A stretch of 64,000 bases of DNA from Zygnema circumcarinatum SAG 698-1b (lineage: Eukaryota; Plantae; Zygnematophyceae): NCBI GenBank assembly GCA_037447605.1, contig CM074811.1:2480001-2544000 (forward strand). The letters run 5' to 3'. The translations under genes were made by a program, and so were the position numbers. Under the pieces are notes generated by a model, which was not told where the DNA came from, did no database searches, and saw only the letters and a list, made by a program, of their open reading frames with translations. Shown piece after piece: positions 49,801 to 61,000 of the stretch. The first letter of the stretch is position 1. Every line of letters begins with the position of its first letter.

Positions 49801-49960
49801 GTAGACCAAGATGAGGTGGCGGATCGAGAAGAAGAGGGGAGTGAGAGAAGGGTCAAAGAAATGGGGAGGAGGACAAAGAGAACACGCGCCATATGCCGGG
49901 ACAAACCCGCACCCTGACCAAAACAATTTCCACAATGATCACAAGGAACCCGGGGGACAG
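46812..49960 (-). mobile_element. CRE-clade-like non-LTR retrotransposon (zinc finger, RT, Cys knuckle, restriction-like endonuclease), degenerate
   Basis: C2H2-like CDHCGNCFGQGAGLSRHM (~49885-49946); RT QFGxATPGGCxAVVHGIRATLDLHPDWVVLQVDVTNAFNTVDR, a QGDPLGG-like motif, and DTHIV; CVCG...C...HNVV knuckle (~47480-47570); RDIVL and DFGCL relics (~47150-47350). The 5' boundary is uncertain. Confidence 0.75.
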
Positions 49961-50700
49961 GGCTGGGGGGCGGGTAGGAGGGGAAGAAGGAAGAGGGGAG
50001 GGACGGAGCAGGAGGGAAGAGCAAGAGTGCAGGTTACAAGGCAAGGGGGTGGGAAGGGGAAGGGGACGGAGAGGATGACGAAGAGGCATGACGAAGGAGA
50101 AGGGAATGGATGAGGGAAGGGAAGCGGGTGGGCGGGGAGGAGAAAGGGGAAGGAAGGGTAGGGAAGAGAAGGGAAGGGACGGGAAGGGGAGGGAGAGGAA
50201 AGGAAAGGAATGGCGAGAGGAATAAGGGTACGGAAAAGAAGGGAAAGGGGAAAGGATAAGGGAAGGGGATGGAAGGGAAGGGGTAGAGGAAGGGGAGGGA
50301 AAGAAAGGGAGAGGAGGCGGGGGGAGGAAAGGGAAGGGAAAAGGGAATGGAAGAGGAGGGAAGAGAAGGGAAAGGAAGGGAAGGAAGGGAAGGGAAGGGA
50401 GAAGGGAAAGGAAGGGAGGAGGGAAAGGAGAGGAGAGGAGGAGAAACGGGGAGGAAAGAGGGAAGGGAAGGGAAGGGAGAAAGGAAGGGGAGGGGAAATG
50501 AGAAGGGGGGGGGGAGAAGGAAAAGGAAGGGGCAGGACAAAGGAAGGGATTGGAAAGGAAGGGATAGGGAAACAGAGGTGGAGGAATAAGGAAAGGAAGG
50601 GAAGGGAAGGGACCAGGGAGGCGACGGGAAGGGAGAAGGGAAAGGAAGGAGAAAGACGGCAGAGGGATGGGAGGGCATGGAGGCAAAGCGCTCAAAGGAG
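49950..50700. repeat. Polypurine (AAGGG/GGAA-like) low-complexity tract
   Basis: About 750 bp of almost pure A/G on +. Confidence 0.9.
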
Positions 50701-51010
50701 AGAAGCACAAGGACAAAGAGGCAAAGGGAGACAAAAGGGAGAGCGCGGACAGCACAAGCAAGCTGCGGCAGAAATGTTGAGAGACAAGGGCGGAAACGTT
50801 AGAACAAAAGCGCAGCAAACGTTAAAGAAACAACCAAAACAAAAAACAAAAAACGAAAAGAAGCACAAACAACAAAAACAGAGCAATGCAGCAAGACACG
50901 CGACAGGAAAACGCAAAGACAACGACAAGAGGCTGCCACGGGCAGAGGCAGCGGCAGCAGGCGCAACGGTCGCGAAGTCCAAATTGAAAGAAAATTTCAC
51001 TATTCCTTTT

Positions 51011-52085
51011 GGAGAACTATATACCGCCCCCCTTTTTTGGTTATCCCGCCACTGTTTTTTTGAAATCCGACCCTCCCATTTCGGCTATTCTGCCCCCCTC
51101 CCCCATTTTGGATATTTCGGGAGGAAATCGCCCCCCTGTTTTTAATATTTCTTTCCCGCGCCTCCCGTCCTCTCCCCGCCCCTCCCCTGCCCTCCCCCTC
51201 CCCCCATCCCCTCCCCTCCCCCCTGCCCACCCCTCCCCTCCTAACATCCCCTGCCCACCCCTCCCCTCCCCTTCCCTGCCCTCCCCTCCCGTCCTCTCCC
51301 TCCCCTCCCCTCCCCTCCCTCCCCTGCCCTCCCTCCTGCCCACCCCTCCCTCCCCTTCCCCTGCCCCCTCCCTCCCGTCCTCTCCCTCCCTCCCCTGCCC
51401 ACCCCTCCCTCCCTCCTGCCCACCCCTCCCTCCCTTCCCTGCCCTCCCCTCCCGTCCTCTCCCTCCCTCCCCTGCCCTCCCTCCCCTGCTCCACCCTCCC
51501 CTCCCCTTCCCTGCCCTCCCCTCCCGTCCTCTCCCTCCCCTCCCCTCCCTCCCCTGCCCACCCCTCCCCTCCCCTCCCCTCCCCTTCCCTGCCCTCCCTC
51601 CCGTCCTCTCCCTCCCTCCCCTGCCCACCCCTCCCTCCCCTTCCCTGCCCTCCCTCCCGTCCTCTCCCCTCCCTCCCCTGCCCACCCCTCCCTCCCTCCC
51701 CTGCCCACCCCTCCCCTCCCCTCCCTCCCTCCCTCCCGTCCTCTCCCTCCCTCCCCTGCCCACCCCTCCCTCCCTCCCCTGCCCTCCCCTCCCGTCCTCT
51801 CCCTCCCCTCCCCTGCCCACCCCTCCCTCCCTCCCCTGCCCACCCCTCCCCCGCCCCTCCCCTCCTGCCCCCCCCCCCTCCCCTCTCCCCCCCCCCCCCC
51901 CTCCCTCCCCTCCCCTCCCGTCCTCTCCCCTCCCCTCCCCTGCCCACCCCTCCCTTCCCTTCTTCCTCTCGGTTTGCGAGTTTTTCTATATTTAGGAACT
52001 TTTTATTCTCTTTTTATCCTTTTTCTTTTGGTGGGTGTGAAGCTCTGTCATGATGTAATGGTTGGCTTGCTTGCTTGCTCTCTCT

Positions 52086-52119
<34 letters not shown>

Positions 52120-52654
52120 CTCTGCTCTCTCTCCTCTAGTCTTTCTCTCTCCTACTCTCTCTCCTCTGCTCATTCTCTCTTTCGCCTTTGCTCTCTCCTC
52201 TGCTCATTCTCTCTCTCCTTTGCTCTCTCCTGTCTACTCTTTCTCTCCTCTAGTCAGCTCTCTCCTGTAGTCTCTCTCTCCTCTTCTCTCACTCCTCTGC
52301 TCTTTCTCTCTCCTCTATACTCTTTCTCCTCGGCTCTCGCTCCTTTGCTCTCTCTCTCTCTTCTCTCTCCTTTGCTCTCTCCTGTAGTCCCTCTCCTCTG
52401 CTCTCACTCTGCTCTCTCTCTCTCTCACTCTCTTTCACTTTCTTTCTGAGAAAGAGGAAGGGAAGGGAAGGGAAGGAAGGGGGAGGGCCAGGGAGGGCAG
52501 GAGGGACGAGAAGCACGGAAAAGGAAGTGCTTCAGAACGACGACAATTACCAGAATCCCAATGGGGAGGGGGCAGAATAGCCGAAATGGGAGGGTCGGAT
52601 TTCAAAAAAACAGTGGCGGGATAACCAAAAAAGGGGGGCGGTATATAGTTCTCC
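51011..52654. mobile_element. Mutator-like (MULE) non-autonomous element filled with simple repeats
   Basis: ~95-bp near-perfect TIRs starting GGAGAACTATATACCGCCCC (51011) and ending at 52654; exact 9-bp TSD ATTCCTTTT at 51002-51010 and 52655-52663. The interior is a CCCT minisatellite (~51130-51960) and CT repeats (~52080-52440). Confidence 0.9.
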
Positions 52655-52936
52655 ATTCCTTTTTAAAAGTTTAAAACGTGACTAAAGCCCCACAACTAAA
52701 GTAGTGCCCGCAAACCTCGCCCTGTGGTCGGCGGCTCCTGATTGGCGGGTGGGTTTGCCGACGAGACCCTCCGCCGTGCCTGCACTCACGTTTGGCGATC
52801 TTTGATTGGGTGCTGAAGATCTGGGCCGTGCGGTTCCTCTATTCAGGTGTGCGCACATCACAGCCATGCCCTCGCCAGGCGGCACAGCAAACAGCAGGCG
52901 GGGGGAGGAGCATGCGTAGGCCATGGCCATGGCGTG

Positions 52937-55900
52937 ATGCCGACTGTCGGCACGCCGACTCCGCACGCGTGGCAGCCCCTCCGCTCTCCTTCGCATCTGC
53001 GGGGAGCTTTGCGGACTCTTCGCTTTCCCCGCCGTGGAAGCGGTTGCGGAGGAGCGCGCGCTGCCATGGAGGGTGGCCCGGGGAGCTTCTTTGACAGCCA
53101 CTGCCATTTGCAGGTCAGCGCTCGTTGCTGCCTGTTGCTCAGTAACTGCACGTTCTCTGAACCTTTGCAGAATATTTTCACGTCAGGATGTGTGAGCCTT
53201 GCTGAAAGCATGCATCAGTGTGGCTCGAATTGTTTGAAATGCAGCAAAATCATTCGTGTAAGTTCTTTGAAACAAATGAAAGACCTGCTGGAATCTTGTC
53301 CAAATGCAGGACCATCGGTTCGGGAGGCAGCAGACTGACCTTCTGAAGGATGCGCTCTCACATGGAGTGAAGTGGCTGGTTGTGAACGGAACTTCTGAGG
53401 TGCGCTCTGCTTCATACTGACGTCAATGAGGGGGTGAATGCTTTTGAAGGCCCTCTATTGCTGCTTGTTTCCCTGCAACACTTTGCAATCATTAGTTTGT
53501 TTCATAGGAGCAGTCTTTCATAATTGCAGGTATCTTTACCCGTCTAGCTCCATTTCTATCTCTGGCCTAGTGATGTTAAGAAGTGCCTGAAACGGCTGCC
53601 ATGCGCAGGATGATTGGGCCTCGGTGAAGCAGCTAGCAGAGATTCATCGCCAAATTGTTCCTTCGTTTGGAGTGCATCCATGGTACGAACACAGCCGGAC
53701 TTTCTCATATCCTCTTGACCTTGCATTTAAGTTGAACTCGAGAAAGTCGTTGTTCGATCAAGTTTTTCAAGTGTGTTTGGTTGGAGGCAGGAATGCGGAT
53801 AAGCTCTCTGCTAACTGGTTCTCTCGCTTACACACTCTTCTTCAGGACGTTCCGTATGCCGCCATAGGCGAGGTGCTCGTTCTGGTCTTTTGTTTACTCT
53901 TATTCATGCAAACGAATTATAAGATACGAGTAAACAATATGACCTCTTCCATGTGCTAAAAGTTATTAGATCATCACAGCATAATGCAATCTCATTCGTG
54001 GTTTCTGGCCACGAATAGAACATCCCTTTCTATGCGGAAATGGGTCAGGGGTGAGGCCCTGCAGGCATCCTTCAATGAGACGCCTGGGGGCTAATAGGCA
54101 GGCAATATCCTACTGGCGGCTTTTTTGATCCTTTGCCCTCTCACAATCCTCACTCCACCGCTGCTTGCATTAAATCTAATATTAGAAAATAAAAAGCGGT
54201 CAAAAGTTGTAAAAACAATTTCTCCTTCACTTCACCTTGCCCACATTCCAGGTCAAGTTTTTTGAATTCAGTTTGCAATTTTTTTTATAATAACATACTT
54301 CACCTTTGAATTTTTTAAAGTTAAAAAGGGCGTTGCAGTTAACGTTCTACATTTGCATTTCGAAAGTTAAGACTGTTTGGATTTCAATCCCAGTCTCAAA
54401 TTCCTGATGGTTTAGCATTTAGCATCGAGATTTAAAAGGATTTCATAGCTGGAGGTTTGATCTTGTTCTCCTAACCATCGCTTACCAGTTACTTGCCACC
54501 GAGAGGTCATGATAAGCAGGAATAATTTATGAGTGAGTATTTATCTGTTAGCAATGAGGTTTCAACAGCATTTTGATCGTCCTCATGGCTGATAAATTCT
54601 ATAAGGATGCGTGCAGACTGGATTGGATAAAGGGCCACGAGGCAAAGCAGTTGACATGCAAATACAGGTTCGCAAACTGCCTCTGTGCTCAGTCTGACAG
54701 GCGTAGCTTTTCGGATTGGCTTTTTGCTTATGTAAACTGTCGAATTTGGCATACGCTCGAGGCCGGAGGGCTGTAAGCATTTCGCAATAACATCAAATTT
54801 CGAGCGTGCAATGTAGAGAGGGGAAGATGGAAGGAGGTGGATGTATGGAGAGAGTTGCAGCCCATAGAAGAGAGGGAGGATGAAGAGTGTCATAGTTTCT
54901 ATCTGAGATTGGTGCGGTGTCCTGGACAGCCTGGACGGTGACCAGGTGGTGGTTGAAACTCATACTTTAGTTGAGGATGGTTCACTCACTAAGTCAAAGT
55001 TCTGATTTATTGATAAACTATGAGGTTCTAGAGGAAGTTTTCCAAACACATAGACTCCCAAATACGGCTTCCCGATGAGAATTAGCTGCTTAAAACCCAG
55101 CAGCAGCGAAGTTTTTTCTATCATCCACTATTATCTTCTTGGATTTTCTCTTCATGAACTTGCTGCGACACTATCACAACGTCGACTGGACCTTTTGTAC
55201 AACCCCACCCATAAACGTTTTCTGAAGGAGGTGTTGGGCAGGTGGAGGTTTTGAGGAAGCAGCTGGAGGTGGCTCAGGCGATGCGCCGGCCCGTCGCTGT
55301 TCACTGCGTGCGAGCCTTCGGAGCGCTGGACGAGGTCCTCAGGTGCGTCTCCCGCTCTCCTGCATCTCCCATCTCCCACTGCAGTAGGGCAAGCAGGCTT
55401 TCCAGTGATGTGGGCTTGAGGATGGATGGGTTCGGCCCAGAAAGGTTAGCAGAGAGTTTTGGGGAGTGTGCTTCAACATGCATGCTGGAACAGTATGCAT
55501 AGTGGGTATGTATCGTCGAGGGTCATTCATGTATGAGGGAAGGCATGGAGTAGAAAGTGTGCTGTTCTGTGACATTGAGCCAAACGATCAGCATGCGGGC
55601 ATTAACTTGCTGATGCAAGCAATTATATTGAGATGACATTCTTGGATATGGGCAGCCAACTTGTTGTCGTCCTTTTTTCTTCTGCTTTTTCACTCATTAC
55701 GTACCGGCGCCTATATTGTCTGTTTGCTGCTCTGTTATCGTCACCTGATCTCAAATCCTGCCATTGGTCCACCTCTGCTTCACAACATAGCCTGTTGGTT
55801 CCCTTGTTGTCTGTTTGGATGGCTGCAGAGACATGGGCTCCTTTCCCGCAGGCCTCCTCCTTCACTCTTACAGCGGCCCAGTGGAAATGGTGAAGACATT

Positions 55901-56958
55901 CGCTGAGAGAGGCGCTTACTTTTCCTTTTCGGGATTCATCCAAAATGTCTCCCCAAAGAAGGCAAAGAGTGTGCTACAGGCGGTGAGCTTCCCTGCCTTG
56001 GCTCTCTCAAAACTTGCGTGATGTGTTCTTACATGGCCATTCCCTTAGCTCGTCACATTCATTCCCTCAGAATCCTCAGACCAATGCACCACCTTCAGGA
56101 AGGAGGTAACCTTAACATAGTAATCCGTTCACCTTTGCCTCCACTACCGACTTTGTAGAATGCTGAGTAGCAGCGACCATTTCTTGTGCTTTTACCAAAC
56201 TAGGAAGCGCCCCATCCCCTTCTTTCAATGGAAGAACTTCTCGACTCGTTCGTGTTTTCATCTGATGTTTGAGACATCCACTTGTCGCCCTCACAGGTCC
56301 CTGATGACCGGCTACTGCTTGAGACGGACTGTCCGGATGCGCTTCCAAAGGTTGAAGCAAACCGCCTTCATCCTCTCCCAGGGGACCCGTCACATGCGTT
56401 TTCAGCAGGAGGGCAGCGAGGAGCTTCCGAAGGGGAGAATGGTGAAGGCTCCGTGGTATCTACGAAGCAAGGGGAAAGAGAGGGAGAAGAAGAGACGTCA
56501 CATGCAGGGAAGAAGATTCTCAACCATCCAGCTAACATTCGAGTGGTAACTTTCTCACCCTGTTTCGGTATAGAGGTTAAGCCTGTGTGCTCTGTTTTCA
56601 TATTCCCAGCCAACGGTAGTTAATAACATTATCATTATCATTATCATTACCATTCCTGTTCATAATGGCTCAAGCGATCCCATTGTTGAAGCGTAGGGGG
56701 GTTCCAGTGCATCACCAAAACTCGGTTCTGCATGGAGCTGAAAGGCTGTGTGAGTGGCGGCCTATGATAAGTATGGCATGTTGTGCATATGCTCCCATAT
56801 TTCCCAGCTGACGACCAATGGTGAATGTTTAATGCTGTTGTGTGCAGGTGGCTGAAGTTGTGGCGGAGCTTCTCGACGTCCCGGTAGAGAATGTCTGCCA
56901 AAGAGCCTACCGCAACACCACCAAACTCTTCTCGTTTTCGGAGTCTCGGGTTCAATGA
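52937..56958 (+). CDS. tatD: TatD-family metallo-nuclease, plant type, 9 exons: 52937 (or 53066)-53113, 53310-53399, 53609-53682, 53791-53872, 54617-54667, 55242-55342, 55829-55982, 56297-56545, 56848-56958
   Basis: GT-AG introns with consistent phases; FDSHCHLQD, VNGTSE, FGVHPW, AIGETGLDKG, VHCVRAFG, LHSYSG, LLETDCPD, LNHPANI; TGA stop at 56956-56958. Confidence 0.95.
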
Positions 56959-58052
56959 TGTATATAAAGAAAACGTAATAGCTGTAAATATGTCCGCCAC
57001 GTTTTGTCTAAAGAGCTTCACATGCACGCTTTTCTTGTTGAAACCTATCACAGAATTGTGCATAAGCGAACCCATCAAATTTGAGTGCGTCTCTTACGCT
57101 AACCATTTCAGTAAGCCCTGTCAATCTTGAAAACACGGAAGGGTTTGCCAGGGCAGTTCTTTCGAAAGCAATACCCTTTCCTTTCTTCTGTTGTCAATCA
57201 TACCCCGAGAGATACGTGCTAGTTTCGAATTATGCTTTACCCAATTTACCTCCCTTTTCAAGATTGACCTGCCCTCTTAACGAGCCCTCTTACTGTTCGC
57301 CCTTAGGACGTAATTGCCATACTCGACTCTGTACCTCAGCCTGGGCCCCTCCGCGTTTGGAAGCGACCGCGCGCCTTTATGAGGCGGTCCTATTGGTCAA
57401 TATTCCGGGTTTAACGGAAACTGCGACACGCGGCCCGCAATATCTGGGTCATTGGAGGTCACTTTCAGCGACCGATCCGACGATTCGCGATGGCCCGATT
57501 TCGAGGATCTCGAACGTCCGTCCGTACACGTGGGCAGCCCGCATCTACGACGTCCGTACGCAAACGCTGTTGCTCTTCCGCCGCCGTTCTCTGCCACGGA
57601 ACGGCGAGCTCAATCTATGTGACAGCTACAGTTTTACTGGGGCTTCAAATCCGTCCGTACATTAGAAATCCGTGCCGACCAGCACCGACCTACGCCGCCC
57701 GCGGCCGGCCGTAGGCCTGGCAGTCCATGCCGCTGACGCTGTTTGGCGGCATGGGTCGCATGGCCATGTATGCGCCCTTCAAGCGTGCATGCATGCATGA
57801 CCATGCGGCCATGTGACCCATGCTGCCATGCTGCCATGCTCCATGGCCATGGGCCCGGAAGGGGCCCTCTACTGCCGGCGGAGGCAGAGGAGGCGGCGGT
57901 TAAAAATTTCCGCCATGGGCTGCCAGGGGGATTGCCTGCAAGCTGTAACCCTAGAGTTGGGGGGCTCGGCTCCGCGCGCGCATGCAGGGCGCCGTTGAGC
58001 GCGAGCTGACAGGCGGGCGGGCGGGCGGGGCAGATCGGGGCTGCTGTGAGAC

Positions 58053-61000
58053 ATGTCGCAGCTCGATTTCCTGAAAGACTACAGCGCGCAGAACGTGTGC
58101 ATTTTGTTTGGAGCTATTTTCATTGCAACAGTTTTTCTTGCAGCGGCGGTGCTTGTGGCGATCAATCGGCGGCCATGGCGCTTTTACAGGTCAGTAAAAT
58201 TGTGACTTGGCAGTAGGAGATGCAGCGGAACATTTCTAGTGCTGTGTGCACACTCTCAGGGTTCAAGAATAAGCTTTATTCTTAACCAGCAGAGAGTTGT
58301 AGTCCCTGTCTAACGCTCAGATGTCTTCCCGGCTTAAGTTACAACGCAAAGCTGGCAAATTTATAACCGCAAGCAGCATTTTGCGATACCTTACTTCAAA
58401 TGCACTGCTGCGAAAATGGATAGCGTGCATGTCGTTGAAGTGTAAAATTGTACTGTGAAGGGGGGCAAGACACTATTAGGTTAGGCGTACGTGGACGAAT
58501 TAGAATTTCGTGCTTAATTGTTAAGGGGACAACGTATAGAGCCAAGGAGCGAAATAATAGGGACAAGCTTTTTCCTTTCGATTTTTTTTATTTCTGGCAG
58601 ACTGACTGCAAACAGGATCGCTTGGCTTGAAGTTTAGAAAGCTTTTCCTGGATACATTCTCGAGCGTTCATGCTCCAACAATCGGAGCATTGGCTGGAAC
58701 AATAACGAGCTCCAGTTGCATCGTTGGATAAAGAAAAACTTAAGTGCATATGCAGGGTCTGAAGCGTTTTTTAACACGAAAATGCGGGGCTGGAAAGTAA
58801 GCCATTAGCATGAGAGTAACCACCCGTCGTTTCGTATACTATAAGCATTGTCTATCTTGCAGTGTTGGCTTTACTTGCAAGTTCCAGTATACAGTGCTAT
58901 GCAGCCTTTGGTCTCACTACGCCACGCACACACGTACTGTGTCTCATGGCCCTGTCTGAGCACGGCAAGCATACTGAGTGGTATGGGCTTGTTTTGATGA
59001 TTCGCAAGAGGTAAGAACTAAGGTTGAACTGTGGAACTAGGTTTGACTGCAGAATTTATGCCACTAGGGTACCTTTGGCATCAAATTCACCGGATGCAGC
59101 CCTTCTGGAAACCCATCTTAAACACGATGTCATTCTGATAACAGCATTTCTAAGTACGATCCATCTGTTGGTGATTAGTTTATCTGCAGCCTGTTGAACA
59201 GCACCCTGGAAATTTTTTTGCGGGATAACTTCACGGGAAACTAAAAGTGAATTTAGTTTAGGCTTGGATCCTAAATGTTTGTCCGTCCTTTTGGTTTGAT
59301 CTCTAGAGCACTCCGCAACTTGCTATGCTATGCAGATCCTCTGGGTTTATCCAACTTGATGCTTGTTCACTGTGATGATATAGCTATCAATAAGTCTATT
59401 CTGGGACTCTCTTTGGAATAACTGAGAATCACCTGGCGTGCCTGTTCCTTCTCTTTGAAAGTGCTTTACCTGCCTCTATGGTTGTGGCAAACCCAATTGG
59501 TGTACGCACGTCAATATATTTTTTACGTTGTTGACGTATACGAAATAAAAGAGTGTCAGCATGTTGACTTTTTCGTCATGGGTACATATCTGATGTTTAT
59601 GTTGATGCTAATCGACATAGGTAGGTCATACTCTAGTCAGTCTACCGGAGCCATTCGACTAAGTATGCTGGTTTCACTGTTTGGATTTCTGTGGGAGCAG
59701 TTGGCTTTTCACAGTACGCTGGCCTGGACATCTGCAAGGAACAAAGCTGCGAGTCGTTGCGGGTTTTTTGGCCGGAATGGCATGGCTCATATTGTTGTCT
59801 CCACTGGTTGTCCTCACTGTTTGGGGATTCGCTCTCATTACCTATGTTCCCGTCGGCATGGCCGTTATCATGGGCGGAATGGCGCTGCTGCTGGCCTCAT
59901 ATTCTGTTGTGCTCTGGTGGAGAACAAGATGGCAGGCCACTCGTACGTTGCCAATGACATCTCCTGAGAAGTCGGACGCTGTGTCGATGCATAGATTCTA
60001 GGGCTGCAGAGATGGAAGGGGAAGTTCAGGGAATGGATGACCTATTCCTGAAGTCTTCTTGTAGAAGGATGAGGTGCAGCATGCATTCTTCGGATTCTCT
60101 GCAATTTTCATTTCTGCAAAACAGTTGTTGCTCACCCTTTATGCATCATTGCATCACGTGATTGCCTGGCAAGCCTGACGTTTTTTTGTTGATGTTGTGG
60201 GTATTCAGGGGCGGTATCCATTTTGTTATTGCTGGCCATAGCGCTTCTTTGCAGCTACGAAGTAGCGGCTATTTATTGGACTTCGGGCCGGGTGGCCTCT
60301 GAGCGGCATTCTTCGGGAGCTTTTTCCTTTGGCGTGTCGGTCATAGCCATAGCTGTCAACATGCTCTTCGTATGTGAAATGGTCTTTCAGAGTAAACTCC
60401 AAAACTCAACTAAGCTTCATCTTCTGTTTAGGGCCAACCTATTTCCTATGCTTCACTAATCTGCTCATCTTGTGATACCGCATTTCCTCTTGCTGTAAGT
60501 TGACTGGCAGTGCTCTTTGCTTCCTCGTTCTTTTTCTCGTCAAATGCTCACAGTTGTAGTGTTTCAAAATAAAAGAAAAAAATGTTCTTAGTTGAATGCT
60601 GATCTCCTTCAACTTTTGACCCTCATCTCACTGCACTGTTCAATGTATAGGGCGGGGACTTGATGTGGAGGAGTATGTAACATTGTCGTATCTTAAGGGC
60701 TGCGACCTTGCTGTCCAGTTAGCTCACACCACTGCTGACATCAGCCTGCCGAGCACGGAACAAATGCACATTAAACCAAGGTGAAGTTGAACACTTGCCT
60801 GCCGATAGTGAATCGGAGAACCTTTTCAGAAGAGTTATCCTGTTCCATGCTCCTCCCGAGGAGCAGTTTCTGACAATACAATATTGATGATTTCATGTTG
60901 GAGAACTTGCAGCATGGAAAGAGCTGTCGTGCTCTACACCTTATCTCTAGTCGTGTTAGTGATTTATTCCGTACTATTTGGGCTTACAGCTCACAGCCAT

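Noticed and set aside
49853-52516. Long ORFs (200-328 aa) on both strands rich in G/R/E or P/S/L
   Set aside because: They arise from stop-free purine/pyrimidine simple repeats and show no domain or codon structure.
57080-57715. 194-aa minus-strand ORF and short repeats (TCCGTCCGTAC) between TatD and DEK1
   Set aside because: No recognisable domain, and no TIR/TSD pair could be established; possibly an old MITE but unsupported.
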